In this document: piece after piece, positions 38,106 through 49,400 of the stretch
Numbering within the stretch: position 1 is the first letter of the stretch
How the letters are laid out: the number at the start of each line of letters is the position of its first letter
Position numbers and translations under genes: made by a program
The notes under the pieces: generated by a model
Told to the model about the DNA's origin: nothing
What the model saw: the letters and a program-made list of their open reading frames with translations, nothing else
The model's database searches: none
NCBI GenBank assembly: GCA_015065505.1
Contig: SVQE01000002.1
Location: 1,502-65,501, forward strand
Length of the DNA stretch: 64,000 nt
Direction: 5' to 3'
DNA from: Oscillospiraceae bacterium
Lineage (GTDB): Bacteria > Bacillota > Clostridia > Oscillospirales > Acutalibacteraceae

Positions 38106-38765
38106 TTATTTTGCTGCCATTTCAGCTCTTGCTTCCTTGATTCTTTCAACGAAAATCTTACCTGTTTCGGTAATCTTCTCATATTCGCCTGTCTTAGCGC
38201 CTGCAGTAAGAGAAGAGCCTGCTCCGCAAGCGATTGCGCCTGCCTTAATCCAATCCTTAACATTGTTGATGTCAACGCCGCCCGAGGGCATCATAACAGC
38301 GTGAGGAATAGGACCGTGGATATCCTTAATGAACTGCGGACCTGCAAGGTCGCCGGGGAATACCTTAAGAACATCTGCGCCGCATTCCATAGCCTGAACA
38401 GCCTCTGTGGGAGTGTAGATACCGGGCATTGAAGGAATGCCGTAGCGGTTGCAGCATCTGACTGTTTCGGGGTCGAAATAGGGAGCAACAACATATTCAG
38501 CGCCTGAAAGAATAGCAATTCTTGCAGTTGCAGCGTCCATAACTGTTCCTGCACCGATGATGATTTCACCGCTTGTGTATTTAGCTCTCATAGCCTCGAT
38601 AAGCTTATCTGCATGAGGAACTGTGAAGGTGAGCTCGATTGCGGCAACACCGCCTGCAATACAAGCGTCCGTAATTTTTTCAGCCTGCTCGATTGATGTT
38701 GCGCGAACAACGGCAACAATACCAACTTCCTGAATTTTTGCAAGTGTTTCAATTTTATTTGCCAT
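38106..38765 (-). CDS. eda: KDPG/KHG aldolase
   Basis: VAVVR, IELTF, GAGTV, LKVFPG, MPSGGV. Confidence 0.93.
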   Translation of the reverse strand: MANKIETLAKIQEVGIVAVVRATSIEQAEKITDACIAGGVAAIELTFTVPHADKLIEAMRAKYTSGEIIIGAGTVMDAATARIAILSGAEYVVAPYFDPETVRCCNRYGIPSMPGIYTPTEAVQAMECGADVLKVFPGDLAGPQFIKDIHGPIPHAVMMPSGGVDINNVKDWIKAGAIACGAGSSLTAGAKTGEYEKITETGKIFVERIKEARAEMAAK

Positions 38766-38781
38766 AATATTTCTCCTTAAA

Positions 38782-38897
38782 AGTTTCGAGTTCCGAGCGC
38801 CGAGTTCCGAGTTTTCGGGTGCTGCGCACGGCTATTTTAATGACCGAGCGAAGCGAGAAACCGAAATTCGTAATTCGTAACTCGTAATTCGTAATTT
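38782..38897. repeat. Full heptamer-flanked element (CGAGTTC array, gtgctgcgcac, spacer, ccgagcgaagcgag, ATTCGTA array)
   Basis: Read directly; lies between kdgK and eda. Confidence 0.85.
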
Positions 38898-39993
38898 ATC
38901 TCTGGACTCTTGCTGAAGCGCCGTTAACCTTAGCTTCAACTTCCTTAAGGCTTGCCATTGAGGTGTCGCCGGGGGTTGTCATTGCAAGTGCGCCGTGAAC
39001 AACTCCGTAGTTAACTGCCTTCTGAGCATCCTCATATGTCATAAGACCGTAGATAAGTCCGCTTGCAAAGCTGTCGCCGCCGCCAACTCTGTCGAGAATC
39101 TCAAGAGCAGGGAACTCGATTGAATTATAAATCTTGCCGTCAGCCCAGCAGATTGCCTTCCAGTCGTTAACGGTTGCGGTTTTAACTGTTCTGAGTGTTG
39201 TTGCAATAACCTTGAAATTGGGATAAGCCTTTGTAACGGTTTCAATCATCTTGTAGTAGCCGTCCATATTAAGCTCTTTGAGGTCTGCATCGTTGCCCTC
39301 AACCTCAAAGCCGAGAGAAGCGGTGAAATCCTCTTCGTTGCCTATCATAACATCAACATATTTTGCAATTTCTCTGTTAACTTCCTGAGCCTTTGCCTGA
39401 CCGCCGATATCCTTCCAGAGTGAAGGACGGTAGTTAAGGTCGTAAGAAACGATTGTGCCGTATTCCTTTGCCTTTTTAACTGCGGTAATAGTGGTCTCGG
39501 CTGCCGTTTCGGAAAGAGCTGCATAAATTCCGCCCGTGTGGAGCCAGCGAACGCCGAGGGTGCCGAAAATATAATCCCAGTCGATATCCTCGGGCTTAAT
39601 CTGGGCAGCTGCGGTGTTGCCTCTGTCAGAAGCGCCTACAGCGCCTCTGATACCGAAACCGCGCTCGGTGAAATTAAGTCCGTTTCGAACGGTTCTTCCG
39701 ATACCGTCGTATTTAACCCATTTAATAAGTGAGGTGTCAACGCCGCCCTGAAGAATTAAATCCTCAAGAAGATAGCCGATTTCATTTTCTGCAAAAGCGG
39801 TTACAACGGAGGTTTTAAGTCCGAAGCATCTGCGAAGTCCGCGTGCAACATTGTATTCTCCGCCGCCTTCCCATGCTCTGAATGAACGGGCGGTTTTAAT
39901 TCTTCCTTCACCCGGGTCGAGTCTGAGCATAATTTCGCCGAGAGAAATCTCATCAAAGGTACATTCCTCTTTAGGTCTTAAATTAAGATTCAT
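38896..39993 (-). CDS. kdgK: 2-dehydro-3-deoxygluconokinase (PfkB family)
   Basis: GEIMLRLDP, GGGEYNVA, YDLNYR, DRVGGGDSF; between uxaC and eda. Confidence 0.9.
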   Translation of the reverse strand: MNLNLRPKEECTFDEISLGEIMLRLDPGEGRIKTARSFRAWEGGGEYNVARGLRRCFGLKTSVVTAFAENEIGYLLEDLILQGGVDTSLIKWVKYDGIGRTVRNGLNFTERGFGIRGAVGASDRGNTAAAQIKPEDIDWDYIFGTLGVRWLHTGGIYAALSETAAETTITAVKKAKEYGTIVSYDLNYRPSLWKDIGGQAKAQEVNREIAKYVDVMIGNEEDFTASLGFEVEGNDADLKELNMDGYYKMIETVTKAYPNFKVIATTLRTVKTATVNDWKAICWADGKIYNSIEFPALEILDRVGGGDSFASGLIYGLMTYEDAQKAVNYGVVHGALAMTTPGDTSMASLKEVEAKVNGASARVQR

Positions 39994-40007
39994 AATAATA
40001 TCCTCCG

Positions 40008-41408
40008 TTAGAACTCAAAATATTTAATTGCGTTGTCGTAGCTGATTCCGCAAATAATTTCTTTTAAAACTTCCTCATCGTTTGCATACCAGCCGTCCTC
40101 AACCCAGCGACCGATTAAGCGGCAGAGTATTCTTCTGAAATAATCGTGGCGTCCGTATGATGTGAACGAACGGGAATCGGTTTCCATACCAACGAATTTT
40201 CCGAGAACTCCGAGGTTGCCGAGGGTTTTGAGCTGAGCGGTCATTCCGTCCATAGTGTCAAGGAACCACCACGCAGGACCGAACTGAATTTTGCTTGCCG
40301 TTTCAGCGCTCTGGAAGTTGCCGAGCATTGTTGCAAGAACAACATTATCCTTATCGTTAAGATTGAAAAGAATTGTTTTCGGCAGATTGCCCTGCTTGCA
40401 GAGTGCGTCAAGAAAACGCGAAAGTGGCTGAGCAATTTCATGGTCGTCTATGCTGTCGAAGCCAACATCGGGACCGAGCTTTTCAAACATCTTTGTGTTG
40501 TTGTTGCGAAGCGCGCCGATATGAACCTCCATAGCCCAGCCGAGCTCGTTATACTTCTTGCCGAGGGCAAGCATAATCGCTGTTCTGTAGCAGTCGATAT
40601 CCTTCTGGTCGAGTTCTTCGCCCTTTAAGCCCTTTTTGAATATTTTATCAAGCTTATCCTTATCGCATTCTTTATAAGGAACGTAATCAAATGCCTGGTC
40701 CGAAACCTTGCAGCCTGCTTCGTTGAAGAAATCGGCTCTTTTGCATAATGCTGTGATAACATCATCAACGGTTTTGATTTCAATATCGGCAGCCTTGCCG
40801 AGCGCGTCAATATATTCGGCAAAGCCTTTAAGGTTGATGTTAAGCGCCTTGTCGGGACGGAAGGAGGGCAGAACCTTGCAGTCGAAGCCTTCAACCTCCT
40901 TTAAAAGCTTGTGGTATTCAAGTGAATCAATCGGGTCATCCGTTGTGCAAACAACCTTAACATTTGAATTCATAATAAGGCTCTGCGGTCTGAAATCGCC
41001 GTTTGAGATTGCCTCGTTGGCTTTCTCGTAGATTTCAGCGGCGGTTTTTGCATTGAGCGGAGTATCTATACCAAAATACTTTTTAAGCTCAATATGTGCC
41101 CAGTGGTAAAGCGGATTGCCAATGCAGTATTGAAGCGTTTCGCCGAATTTAAGGAACTTATCCTTTGCAGAGGCATTGCCCGTGCAGTATTCCTCGTCAA
41201 CACCGCATGAGCGCATTGCACGCCATTTATAGTGGTCTCCCGCAAGCCAGAGCTGAGTTATGCTTTCGGGCTGTTTGTTTTCATAAATCTCTTTAGGACT
41301 TAAATGACAGTGATAATCGCAAATCGGCATATTTTCAGCATATTCGTGAAAAAGCTTTTTTGCACATTCGGTATCAAGAAGGAAATCCTTATCCATAAAA
41401 TTATTCAT
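40008..41408 (-). CDS. uxaC: Glucuronate isomerase
   Basis: DYHCHL, GDHYKWR, TTDDP, AWWF, TDSRSF. Confidence 0.97.
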   Translation of the reverse strand: MNNFMDKDFLLDTECAKKLFHEYAENMPICDYHCHLSPKEIYENKQPESITQLWLAGDHYKWRAMRSCGVDEEYCTGNASAKDKFLKFGETLQYCIGNPLYHWAHIELKKYFGIDTPLNAKTAAEIYEKANEAISNGDFRPQSLIMNSNVKVVCTTDDPIDSLEYHKLLKEVEGFDCKVLPSFRPDKALNINLKGFAEYIDALGKAADIEIKTVDDVITALCKRADFFNEAGCKVSDQAFDYVPYKECDKDKLDKIFKKGLKGEELDQKDIDCYRTAIMLALGKKYNELGWAMEVHIGALRNNNTKMFEKLGPDVGFDSIDDHEIAQPLSRFLDALCKQGNLPKTILFNLNDKDNVVLATMLGNFQSAETASKIQFGPAWWFLDTMDGMTAQLKTLGNLGVLGKFVGMETDSRSFTSYGRHDYFRRILCRLIGRWVEDGWYANDEEVLKEIICGISYDNAIKYFEF

Positions 41409-41623
41409 TTCTCCACCTCGTATACTTCAGAGTTTGGAATTTTTCGCTAATATTATATACTTCTGCGGTTTTTATTTCAATCATAAAATATGAATAATAA
41501 GCAATTTAATAATAAATCTTTATTTTAACAGCTTATAATGAAGATTTTTGTATATTTAATTGACAAAAATAACCTATGATTATAAAATATAGCTACTATA
41601 TTTTTTATTAAGGAGTTTTTATT

Positions 41624-42124
41624 ATGATTTGTCCTAATTGCGGAAAAGAAATTGCAGAAGGCGAAGTTTGCTCCTGCATGCAGAACACAGAAATGCCCGT
41701 AAACGAGGCTGTTGCACCGGAAGCAGAGCCGGATCAGGCAGGATACTATAACGGCGCGGACCAGGGCTACTACGAGCAGCCTGCACCCGTTTATGCACCG
41801 CCTGCACCCGTTTATATGCCTGCAAGAACAGACTATCCCGAAGGTTATAAAATCAAGAAGAAGTATGTTGCAATTATTCTTGCTTACACCCTTGGCGTAT
41901 ACGGAATACACAACTTCTATCTCGGCGAGAAAACAAAGGGCCTTATCCAGGTTCTTCTTTCAACAGTGGGCGCTATTTTAACTCTTGGTTTATCCTTCTT
42001 CGCTGTTCAGATCTGGGTTATTGTTGAAATGGTTACTTTGTTCACCGAATCAACGGATAGAGATGCAAACGGCTTCAAAATTATGACCATGGAAGAAGCA
42101 ATCGCAAGGGAGATTAAGAAATAA
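41624..42124 (+). CDS. TM2 domain protein with N-terminal zinc ribbon
   Basis: CPNCG, Pro-rich linker, LGVYGIHNFYLG. Confidence 0.85.
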   Translation: MICPNCGKEIAEGEVCSCMQNTEMPVNEAVAPEAEPDQAGYYNGADQGYYEQPAPVYAPPAPVYMPARTDYPEGYKIKKKYVAIILAYTLGVYGIHNFYLGEKTKGLIQVLLSTVGAILTLGLSFFAVQIWVIVEMVTLFTESTDRDANGFKIMTMEEAIAREIKK

Positions 42125-42125
42125 A

Positions 42126-42584
42126 ATGGGTCAAAGAGCTCAGAAGGCGTACGATAATTTTAAACAGGGCTATAATTGCGCGCAAGCCGTTTTTATGGCG
42201 TTTTGTGATAAATACGGCATAAGCGAAGAAACCGCCGCAACGCTTGCCTCATCGTTCGGAGGAGGCATGGGGAGAATGCGCGAGGTTTGCGGAGCTTTCA
42301 GCGGAATGCTTCTTGTTAACAGTATGGAAACGGGAAGCGCTGACGCGTCAGACCGTGAAGCTAAAAAGGCAAACTATGAAAGCGTTCAGAAGCTTGCCGC
42401 GCGTTTCAAGGAGGAAAACGGCTCGCTTATTTGCAGAGAGCTGTTAGGTCTTACAAAGAAGCAGGAAAATGAAGAGGGAACAGCTCCTTCTGAAAGAACT
42501 GCTCAGTATTATCAGAAGCGTCCCTGTGCGGAAATTGTTAAATGCGCCGCAGAAATTCTCGAAGAAGAATTTAATTTTGATTAA
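42126..42584 (+). CDS. C_GCAxxG_C_C family redox protein
   Basis: GYNCAQAV, FGGGMG..EVCGA, LICRELL, RPC. Confidence 0.9.
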   Translation: MGQRAQKAYDNFKQGYNCAQAVFMAFCDKYGISEETAATLASSFGGGMGRMREVCGAFSGMLLVNSMETGSADASDREAKKANYESVQKLAARFKEENGSLICRELLGLTKKQENEEGTAPSERTAQYYQKRPCAEIVKCAAEILEEEFNFD

Positions 42585-42585
42585 T

Positions 42586-42627
42586 AAAAAAACAGGTGTC
42601 GGAAGGAAATCCGATACCTGTTTTTTT
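42586..42627. terminator. Bidirectional terminator
   Basis: aaaaaaacaggtgtcgga...tccgatacctgttttttt. Confidence 0.85.
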
Positions 42628-43387
42628 ATAAAGCTATCATCCATATGCTTCTGCTTACAATGTGAAAGAGCATATGCAAAAGCATTGAATACTGAATGCC
42701 GTGTTTTCGGTAGAAATATCCGAATATAAGCCCGAATGCGCCGTTTAAAAGGAAGCATCTGAGAAGCAGAAGGGGAGTCAGCGTGCCGAAGGTTAAAAGT
42801 GTTGACGGCAGGTGACCTGCGGCAAAAAGAAGGGCTGAAACAATATTTGCAGTAATCAGCGCTTTAGAAGGAGGGCTGTTTTCTTTTTTATAAAAGAGCT
42901 TCCACATTATAAATGCAAGCAGGCTCATTAAAAACAGCCGCATTAAAACCTCTTCAACTATTCCGCCGTATATAACGGAAGCAATCCATTCGGTTAAATC
43001 AAAGCTCCCTGCGCCCTCATAGCTTTTGCCTACTTCGTCAATCCATTTGCCGAAGGTCCACGCATCAAGGCTGAAGAGCGCACCGCCGAGAAGCGCGGTA
43101 ATTAGCGCAGCGCAGAGGGGCTTTGTGCTGAACTTAAAGGAACGCATAAGCCCGATTTTTTCAGACAGTATATATCCGAAAAATGCACATCCAAGAGTCA
43201 GCAAAACGGGCTGTATCATACTTAAAAGAACGACCGTTTCTATGCTTCCGATCTGAGCTATTGCCTCGTTCAGCTCGGCATTGTTTATTGAAGAAAGCGA
43301 CATAAGTATTGCAAAATACGAACCGACTGCCGCAAACGGAAGCATTATTAAAGTGAATATCAAAGGCTTTTTGAATTTATTATTCAT
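42626..43387 (-). CDS. CPBP (Abi/CAAX) intramembrane glutamic protease
   Basis: GGIVEEVLMR, FAAGH, H..FH motifs. Confidence 0.88.
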   Translation of the reverse strand: MNNKFKKPLIFTLIMLPFAAVGSYFAILMSLSSINNAELNEAIAQIGSIETVVLLSMIQPVLLTLGCAFFGYILSEKIGLMRSFKFSTKPLCAALITALLGGALFSLDAWTFGKWIDEVGKSYEGAGSFDLTEWIASVIYGGIVEEVLMRLFLMSLLAFIMWKLFYKKENSPPSKALITANIVSALLFAAGHLPSTLLTFGTLTPLLLLRCFLLNGAFGLIFGYFYRKHGIQYSMLLHMLFHIVSRSIWMIAL

Positions 43388-43404
43388 AACTCTTACCTGA
43401 TAAA

Positions 43405-43440
43405 CAAAAACAGATGGGTTGCCCCATCTGTTTTGTTTTT
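43405..43440 (-). terminator. Terminator after the giant gene
   Basis: aaaacagatggg-ttgc-cccatctgtttt. Confidence 0.8.
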
Positions 43441-43442
43441 AA

Positions 43443-46400
43443 TTATGCGAATTGTTTAAGGAGATCAACGAGCTGTTCAATAACTTCGTCTGAATCGCCC
43501 TTAAGCATTCCGAGAACCTGAGAAATTACATCGGAAATCGAAGCGCTTACATTGTCGCCAAGGAGACCTGTGATAAGTCCAACAAGTGCATCGTAGTTAT
43601 CCTTATAGTTAATTGTGTCTATAACGAATCTGAGAACTGCGATGAGTGTTTCATCCTGGTCTGCCTTAACTGCGATTCTTCCGCCGTAGGTTGCAACCTG
43701 AGAAGTTGCATTCGGGATGAATTCGCCGTGGCTTGCAAGCTTGAACCAATCGATTTCGGGAAGAACTATTCCGAGAGGAGTTCCCTTAATCTTAATCTTG
43801 CCGATGATGCTGTTGAGTGTTCCAACAACATTGTCTGCACCAACGAGGGGCTTAAGTGTTCCGGAAAGATCATAGAGGTCAAACTTCTCAAGGTTGAGTC
43901 CAACCTTATCCTTGAGCAGCTTAGCAACGTCAAGTCCTGCTGCCTTAAGAATATCGTTTACATCAACTATCGGCTTGATTGCTTCAAGAAGAGCTGAAAT
44001 CGGAGTGAAGAGATTATCAACTATCTGAAGTAATCCGTCGTTAGCAAAGAAGAGTGAAAGGTTGGGAAGAATGTCTGCAAGCATTTCAACGGGTGCGTTA
44101 AGAATATCTTCAACCTTATCCCAAAGCGGATTGATAATGTCGAGAAGGAGATTATCGTATGCCTTGAAGGTGTCTTCTCTGTACTGATACTGAGTCTTGA
44201 TGTTGTAAACTCCGAATGCCTCAAGAAGAGGAACTACTGTTGAGGTGTAGCCGTCTGAGCCGGGAACCTTAACAAGATTGAAGATGTTGAGTGATGCATC
44301 GTTGAGGATTACGTCAACAACTCCGTAGATGGGACGGAGAACAGCAACAAGTGCATTAAGGAATGAATCTCTGTCTGTTACGCCGAACTTGAGGTTATCA
44401 GCGTTAACCTTGCTCCAGGAGCCTGCACTCTTAATTGTTGCAGCAGCTGCGGGATAGGTCTTGCCGTATTTCTCATTTGTGAGAAGGCTTGCAACATTTG
44501 ATGTTGTGAAATCAATGTTGGTCATTGCAAGAAGGTTTGAAAGAGAACCGATTGAATCGTTAATCTTAACGCCTTCAACTGCGCCGTAAAGTCCGGTAGC
44601 AAGCTTAGCAACAAGGCTATCTGTGTAAAGCTTTTCTTCAACAAGACCGCCGAGGCCGCCTTCAAGAAGTCCGCCAACAAGTCCGTCGAGCATTGGTGCA
44701 AGCTGACGGCAGAAGTTTTCATCCATGTTGCCGAAGGAGAATTCGTAGCCATCCTTGTACTGGAATTCTCTGTAATCGAAGAAGCTGTCTGTAGCTCTTT
44801 CGGTTAAGAAGTAGAATACTGCGCGAACTATATCGTCCTTGCCTGCAGTGCCAATCTGAGCAAATACAGAGGAAACGATATTCTTGATTGTTGCATTCTT
44901 CTTAACAGCGTCAATGCCTGTGATGAGCTTCTTGATAGGAGCTGCATTCTTAATGAGAACGTCGGATACATATCTGAGAACTGCAATAAGAACTTCGCCC
45001 TGATTTGCAGTAACCTGCTTGGTTGTGAACTTGCCCTTATCGTTCTTAGCCTTGCTTGCTACGGTCTTAAGAGTTCCGTGGCTTGCGATGGTCTTGAAGT
45101 CGAAATCGGGAAGCTTTAATCCGAGGTTATCCTTGAGAAGCTTCTGAACAAGAGGAACAACTATATCCTGAACATTGGTTGCTGCAAGGTTGTTAAGCTC
45201 GATATTGAGCTTAACATTCTTAAGACCGAGTGCATCGGTTACAATCTTGCCGAGGCTCTTGCCTGTTAAGTCTTTTACAATCTTGTCAACATCAATGCCG
45301 TTCTTCTTGAGTACGCCGAGAACGCCGTCCTTGGCAGTGATGGGAGCAAGAAGATTGCCGATTGCCTGAGTTAAGCCGTTGTTGTCGATGAAGTAAGCAA
45401 CGTTCGGAAGAATCTTTGTGATTGTGTCGAACGGATTGTTTGCAACATCCTTAACAAGTCCGAGAACAGGTGTAAGAACATCTATAAGAAGATTATCCTT
45501 AGCCTTCTTATAATCAGCCTTGTACTGCTTATAGGTTTTAACATCCTTGCACATGAAAGCTTCAAGAATCGGAATTATTGCGCTTTCATATCCGTTTGTA
45601 CCGCAGTCAGCATCACTGAAGAGGTCTTCGAAATCCTTAACGATTTCGCTTACATTAACTTTAAGTACGCTCTTAGGTGTTGCTTTGTTATTGCTTGTTT
45701 TAGCGTTGCTTCTGATTTCAAGTGTGAAGGTTCCGTCCTTAAGCTTGTAATCAATAGTTCCGCCGTATTCGCTGTCTGCAGCGTAAGGTGTTGAGCCCTG
45801 TAATGAAAGGTTCTTGATAAGACCTTCAATGTCGAGCTTATCAGCATCAAGTGTGCCTTCTGCAAGAAGAACTGCAAGAACATTGTTGAACGGACGAAGG
45901 ATAGCTGCAAGACCCTTGATAAATCCTGCCTGAGCCTTTGAAGAACCGTTTGTGAATCCCCAGTTGAGAGATTTAACATTCTTCCAGCTCTTAGCCTTCT
46001 TAAGAGTTGCAGCAGCGCTTGAATATGTTGTGCCGTAGCTCTTATCTGTTAAGTATTTTGCAAAGCCCTTGGTTGAAACATCGGTGCTTACTGCGCTGAG
46101 AACTAATGTAACAGTGTCGTTTTCAAGTGCGCCGTAAAGAGCTTTTGCGATTGTTGTAAGAATTTCGTTTGTGTAAAGCTTATCGTTGATAAGTGCGTCA
46201 AGACCTTCAATGTCGGTTACACCGAGTGAGTTGAGCAGCGGGAATACATTTGCAACAAGGTCGTCAAGCTGGTCAACTGCATTGTTTGCCTCTGAGGGAA
46301 GAATTCCTCTGGGATATGAGAATGAGCCTGTGAGCTTGCTTGCGTATTCGGTGAAGGTCCAGTAAACTTCTGTCGGGCTCTGAACAACAGCGATAACCTC

Positions 46401-49400
46401 AGCTGCTATTCTGAGAATCTCGGAAGCTGAAAGCTTTGAAAGCATTTCGGTTAAACCGGGAGCAAGAGAATCGATAATGTTCTTAACCGAATCAAGCGAA
46501 AGAACTGTGTCTACTGCAAATCCGTAGATAAGAAGCAGAACCTCTTCGGGTGATTTTGCATTTGCAACCTTGCCCCAGTTGATTGAAGGAATTGTGATAA
46601 GGTTCTTAATAGCATCGATGTTATTAAGAAGTGAAACAACAACATCCTTCTCGGGAAGTGTAATCTTAAGTAATTTTTCTAATGAAACTGCATCCTTGAA
46701 GTCAAGAATTACGTATGCAAGTGTCGGTGACAGATAGTTAACAACATTTGCAGCGCCTTCAATAAGGTTTGCAACAGGTGCGGTGAGTGATTTGAAGATT
46801 GCCGTGAAGGTTTCATCCTCAAGAACTCCGCAAACGCCCTTAATGAAGTTAAGAAGGAAGGACGCAGGTGCTTTATAGAAGGTATCAAGTGCGCCTGAAA
46901 TAGGAGTGATAATACCCTTTATAAGCTTTTCGGAAGCTGATGCCTTGTTGAATGCCGAGGGGCTCATAACGCCCTTTGCGCCAAGAGCATCGTTAATGCT
47001 GCTGAATATCGGGTAAACAAGCTCGCTGTAGTAGTTGCCGCTCTTTTCAGCGTCTGTGTAAGAAGCTGTAAGAACTGCGCCAACGATTCCTGCAATCGGG
47101 CTGAGAGCTTCGCCGAGAGCATCGTAGAATGCTTCCTTGTCGCCCTTTGAGAAGCCGAACTTCAAGTAGTCCTTAGTATTGTATGAGCCTGATTTTTCGT
47201 TTACATCGGTGATTTCAACCTTAAAGGAGTTCCAGTTAAGTCTGTCTTCATCAAGAAGAACATTAGCTGTCTTGCTGTAATCGCCCGAAAGACGAACTGC
47301 AACTGCGTCGGGTGAGATAAGTCCGTATGCTGCGTCTGCGAGAAGCATATTCGGGTCTCTGTCCTTAAGGAAACCGCTGTTCTTGTTGTAGAACAGGTAA
47401 TCAACAATGTTTTCAACAAGTGAATATGTCTGGATAACAAGATTTGAAAGGTTAGCAGATGTGTAAACCTTGTTCTTGTCAACATCACCGTTCTTAGGTG
47501 CTGTGCCAATCTTGCCGTCCTTTGACGGGTTAGCCTTGGTTTCGCCTGCAACATAATATAAGTAGTTATTAAGCAGCTTAACTATATCGTTTGTATTCTT
47601 AGCGCCGAAGTATGCCGAAGCAACTGTTACAACTGCGCTTAAGATATTATCTGTCTTGTCAAGGGTGAAACCGTTGAGCTTTGTATTTTCAAGGAGAGAT
47701 GCAAGAACTGAATCAAGTGCTGTAACAAGCTCTTTTGCAGCTTTCTTGTTTTCTGCTGAAAGCAGCTTGCTGTAATCTGTTCCTACAGCAGATTTTGCTT
47801 TGCTTGAAGAAGCAAGAAGAGGAGCAGTGGTCTTTGTTACATTACCGATGTTGTAGTCTGCGCTGCCCTGATCTGCTTTAATCAGAGTTGTTATGAAGGG
47901 GATAAGTCCCTTTGTTTTTCCTGCTTCGTCTTTATAAAGAATATTTGAAAGAAGGAATATTCCGCTTTCGGTGCTGAAGCCTACGAAGCCGTTATCTCTC
48001 TTCTTAAGTGTGAAGGAAGCCGCGTCGCTGCGCTTGAGCTGGAATAAGCCGTTGAATACATCTGTGATAATACTCTTTTCGCCGAAGCCGCCGAGTGCAT
48101 CAAGAAGTCCCTGAACAAGTGCAAGATTTGAAGAAATCTTGTTGTCGGAGTCTTTGATTGTATCGTTGAGGATGCTGATAATCGGGTTCATCCATTCGCC
48201 GATAAGAGTATCTACAAAGTATTCAAGAACCTTTGCAGAATCATTCTCGGTTGCAAGAGCCTTGAAGCCGTCAAGAACAATGTTCTGCTTCTGCTCTTTA
48301 CCGATTTTATCGTTCATCACATTCTTAACTTTATATGAAAGTGACCAGTCTGACTTAATATCATATTTTTTGACGAACTTCTTGCCCATGATGTCGAGAA
48401 CCTGGGGAAGTGCAACAAATATGTTGTTAAGTCCTTTCTGGATAACCGCACCTGAGGTGTCGTATCTTTCATCTTCGCCGTATTTATCAAGATACTCGTT
48501 AACTGCATCAAGAGCGAAGCTTGCTATTTCGGTTACTGCTTCATCAATTCCTGCAGCAAGGTTTTCATCAAGGCCTTTTTCCTTGAGAACCTTTGCAAGT
48601 CCGCCGTTAAGACGAGCGCCTGCGATTGCCTTATCTGCTACATAGATATTTGTGAATACAGGAACGCTTGTGTCAACGCCGTCAGCATACTCGGTGTATG
48701 TTCCAACGATGGCAATAGCTGCATCGTCGTTTCCGAGCAACCAGTTGAGAATTGAAGGAATAACCTTGTTAAGGTCGAATGCAAGGTTGCCTAAACCTAC
48801 TGAAGTGTCGCCGCTTTCCTGAGAAATCTTCTTTAATGCTTCAATACCGCCGGTATCACCGAAGAGACCTGTTACAAGAATCGGATAAAGGTAGTTGTCA
48901 TCGGGAGCCTTGTCATTGAATACCCAGGGAACAACTATTTCGTCAACAAGAATAACAAGAACGGGAAGAAGGTTGAATACTGTTTCAGTGGGATTCTCAT
49001 AGAGATTCAGCCAGATGTTATACAGTGATGAATAAAGATCAATGTTAGAAGTGAGAAGCTTGTTCAAAAGGCTGTCAACAAGATCATAGTATTCTGAACC
49101 CGGCTTGAGGTAATCAAGAAAACCGTTGATTTTCTCATTAACAATATCAACTGTAAATGCCTCGGGAATTTTGAATTCGCTGTATGAGTATTTATCATCG
49201 CTCATCAAACCTCTTACGGTTTCTCTGATTTTGATGTCTTCATAGAAGAATTTAACGTTTGCAGTTCCGGGGAAGCCGAATGCAGCGTCTGTTTTTCCCT
49301 GAAGCTTCTGAATAATTACAGAAGGAAGCAAAAAGCTAACGATATCAAACATCGGAGTAGCGTTTGATGAAGGATATGTTTTATCGAAATACTCAATCAT

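Noticed and set aside
42626-43387. CPBP protease as a dedicated part of the giant-protein system
   Set aside because: It is on the same strand but separated by a clear terminator; adjacency is the only evidence
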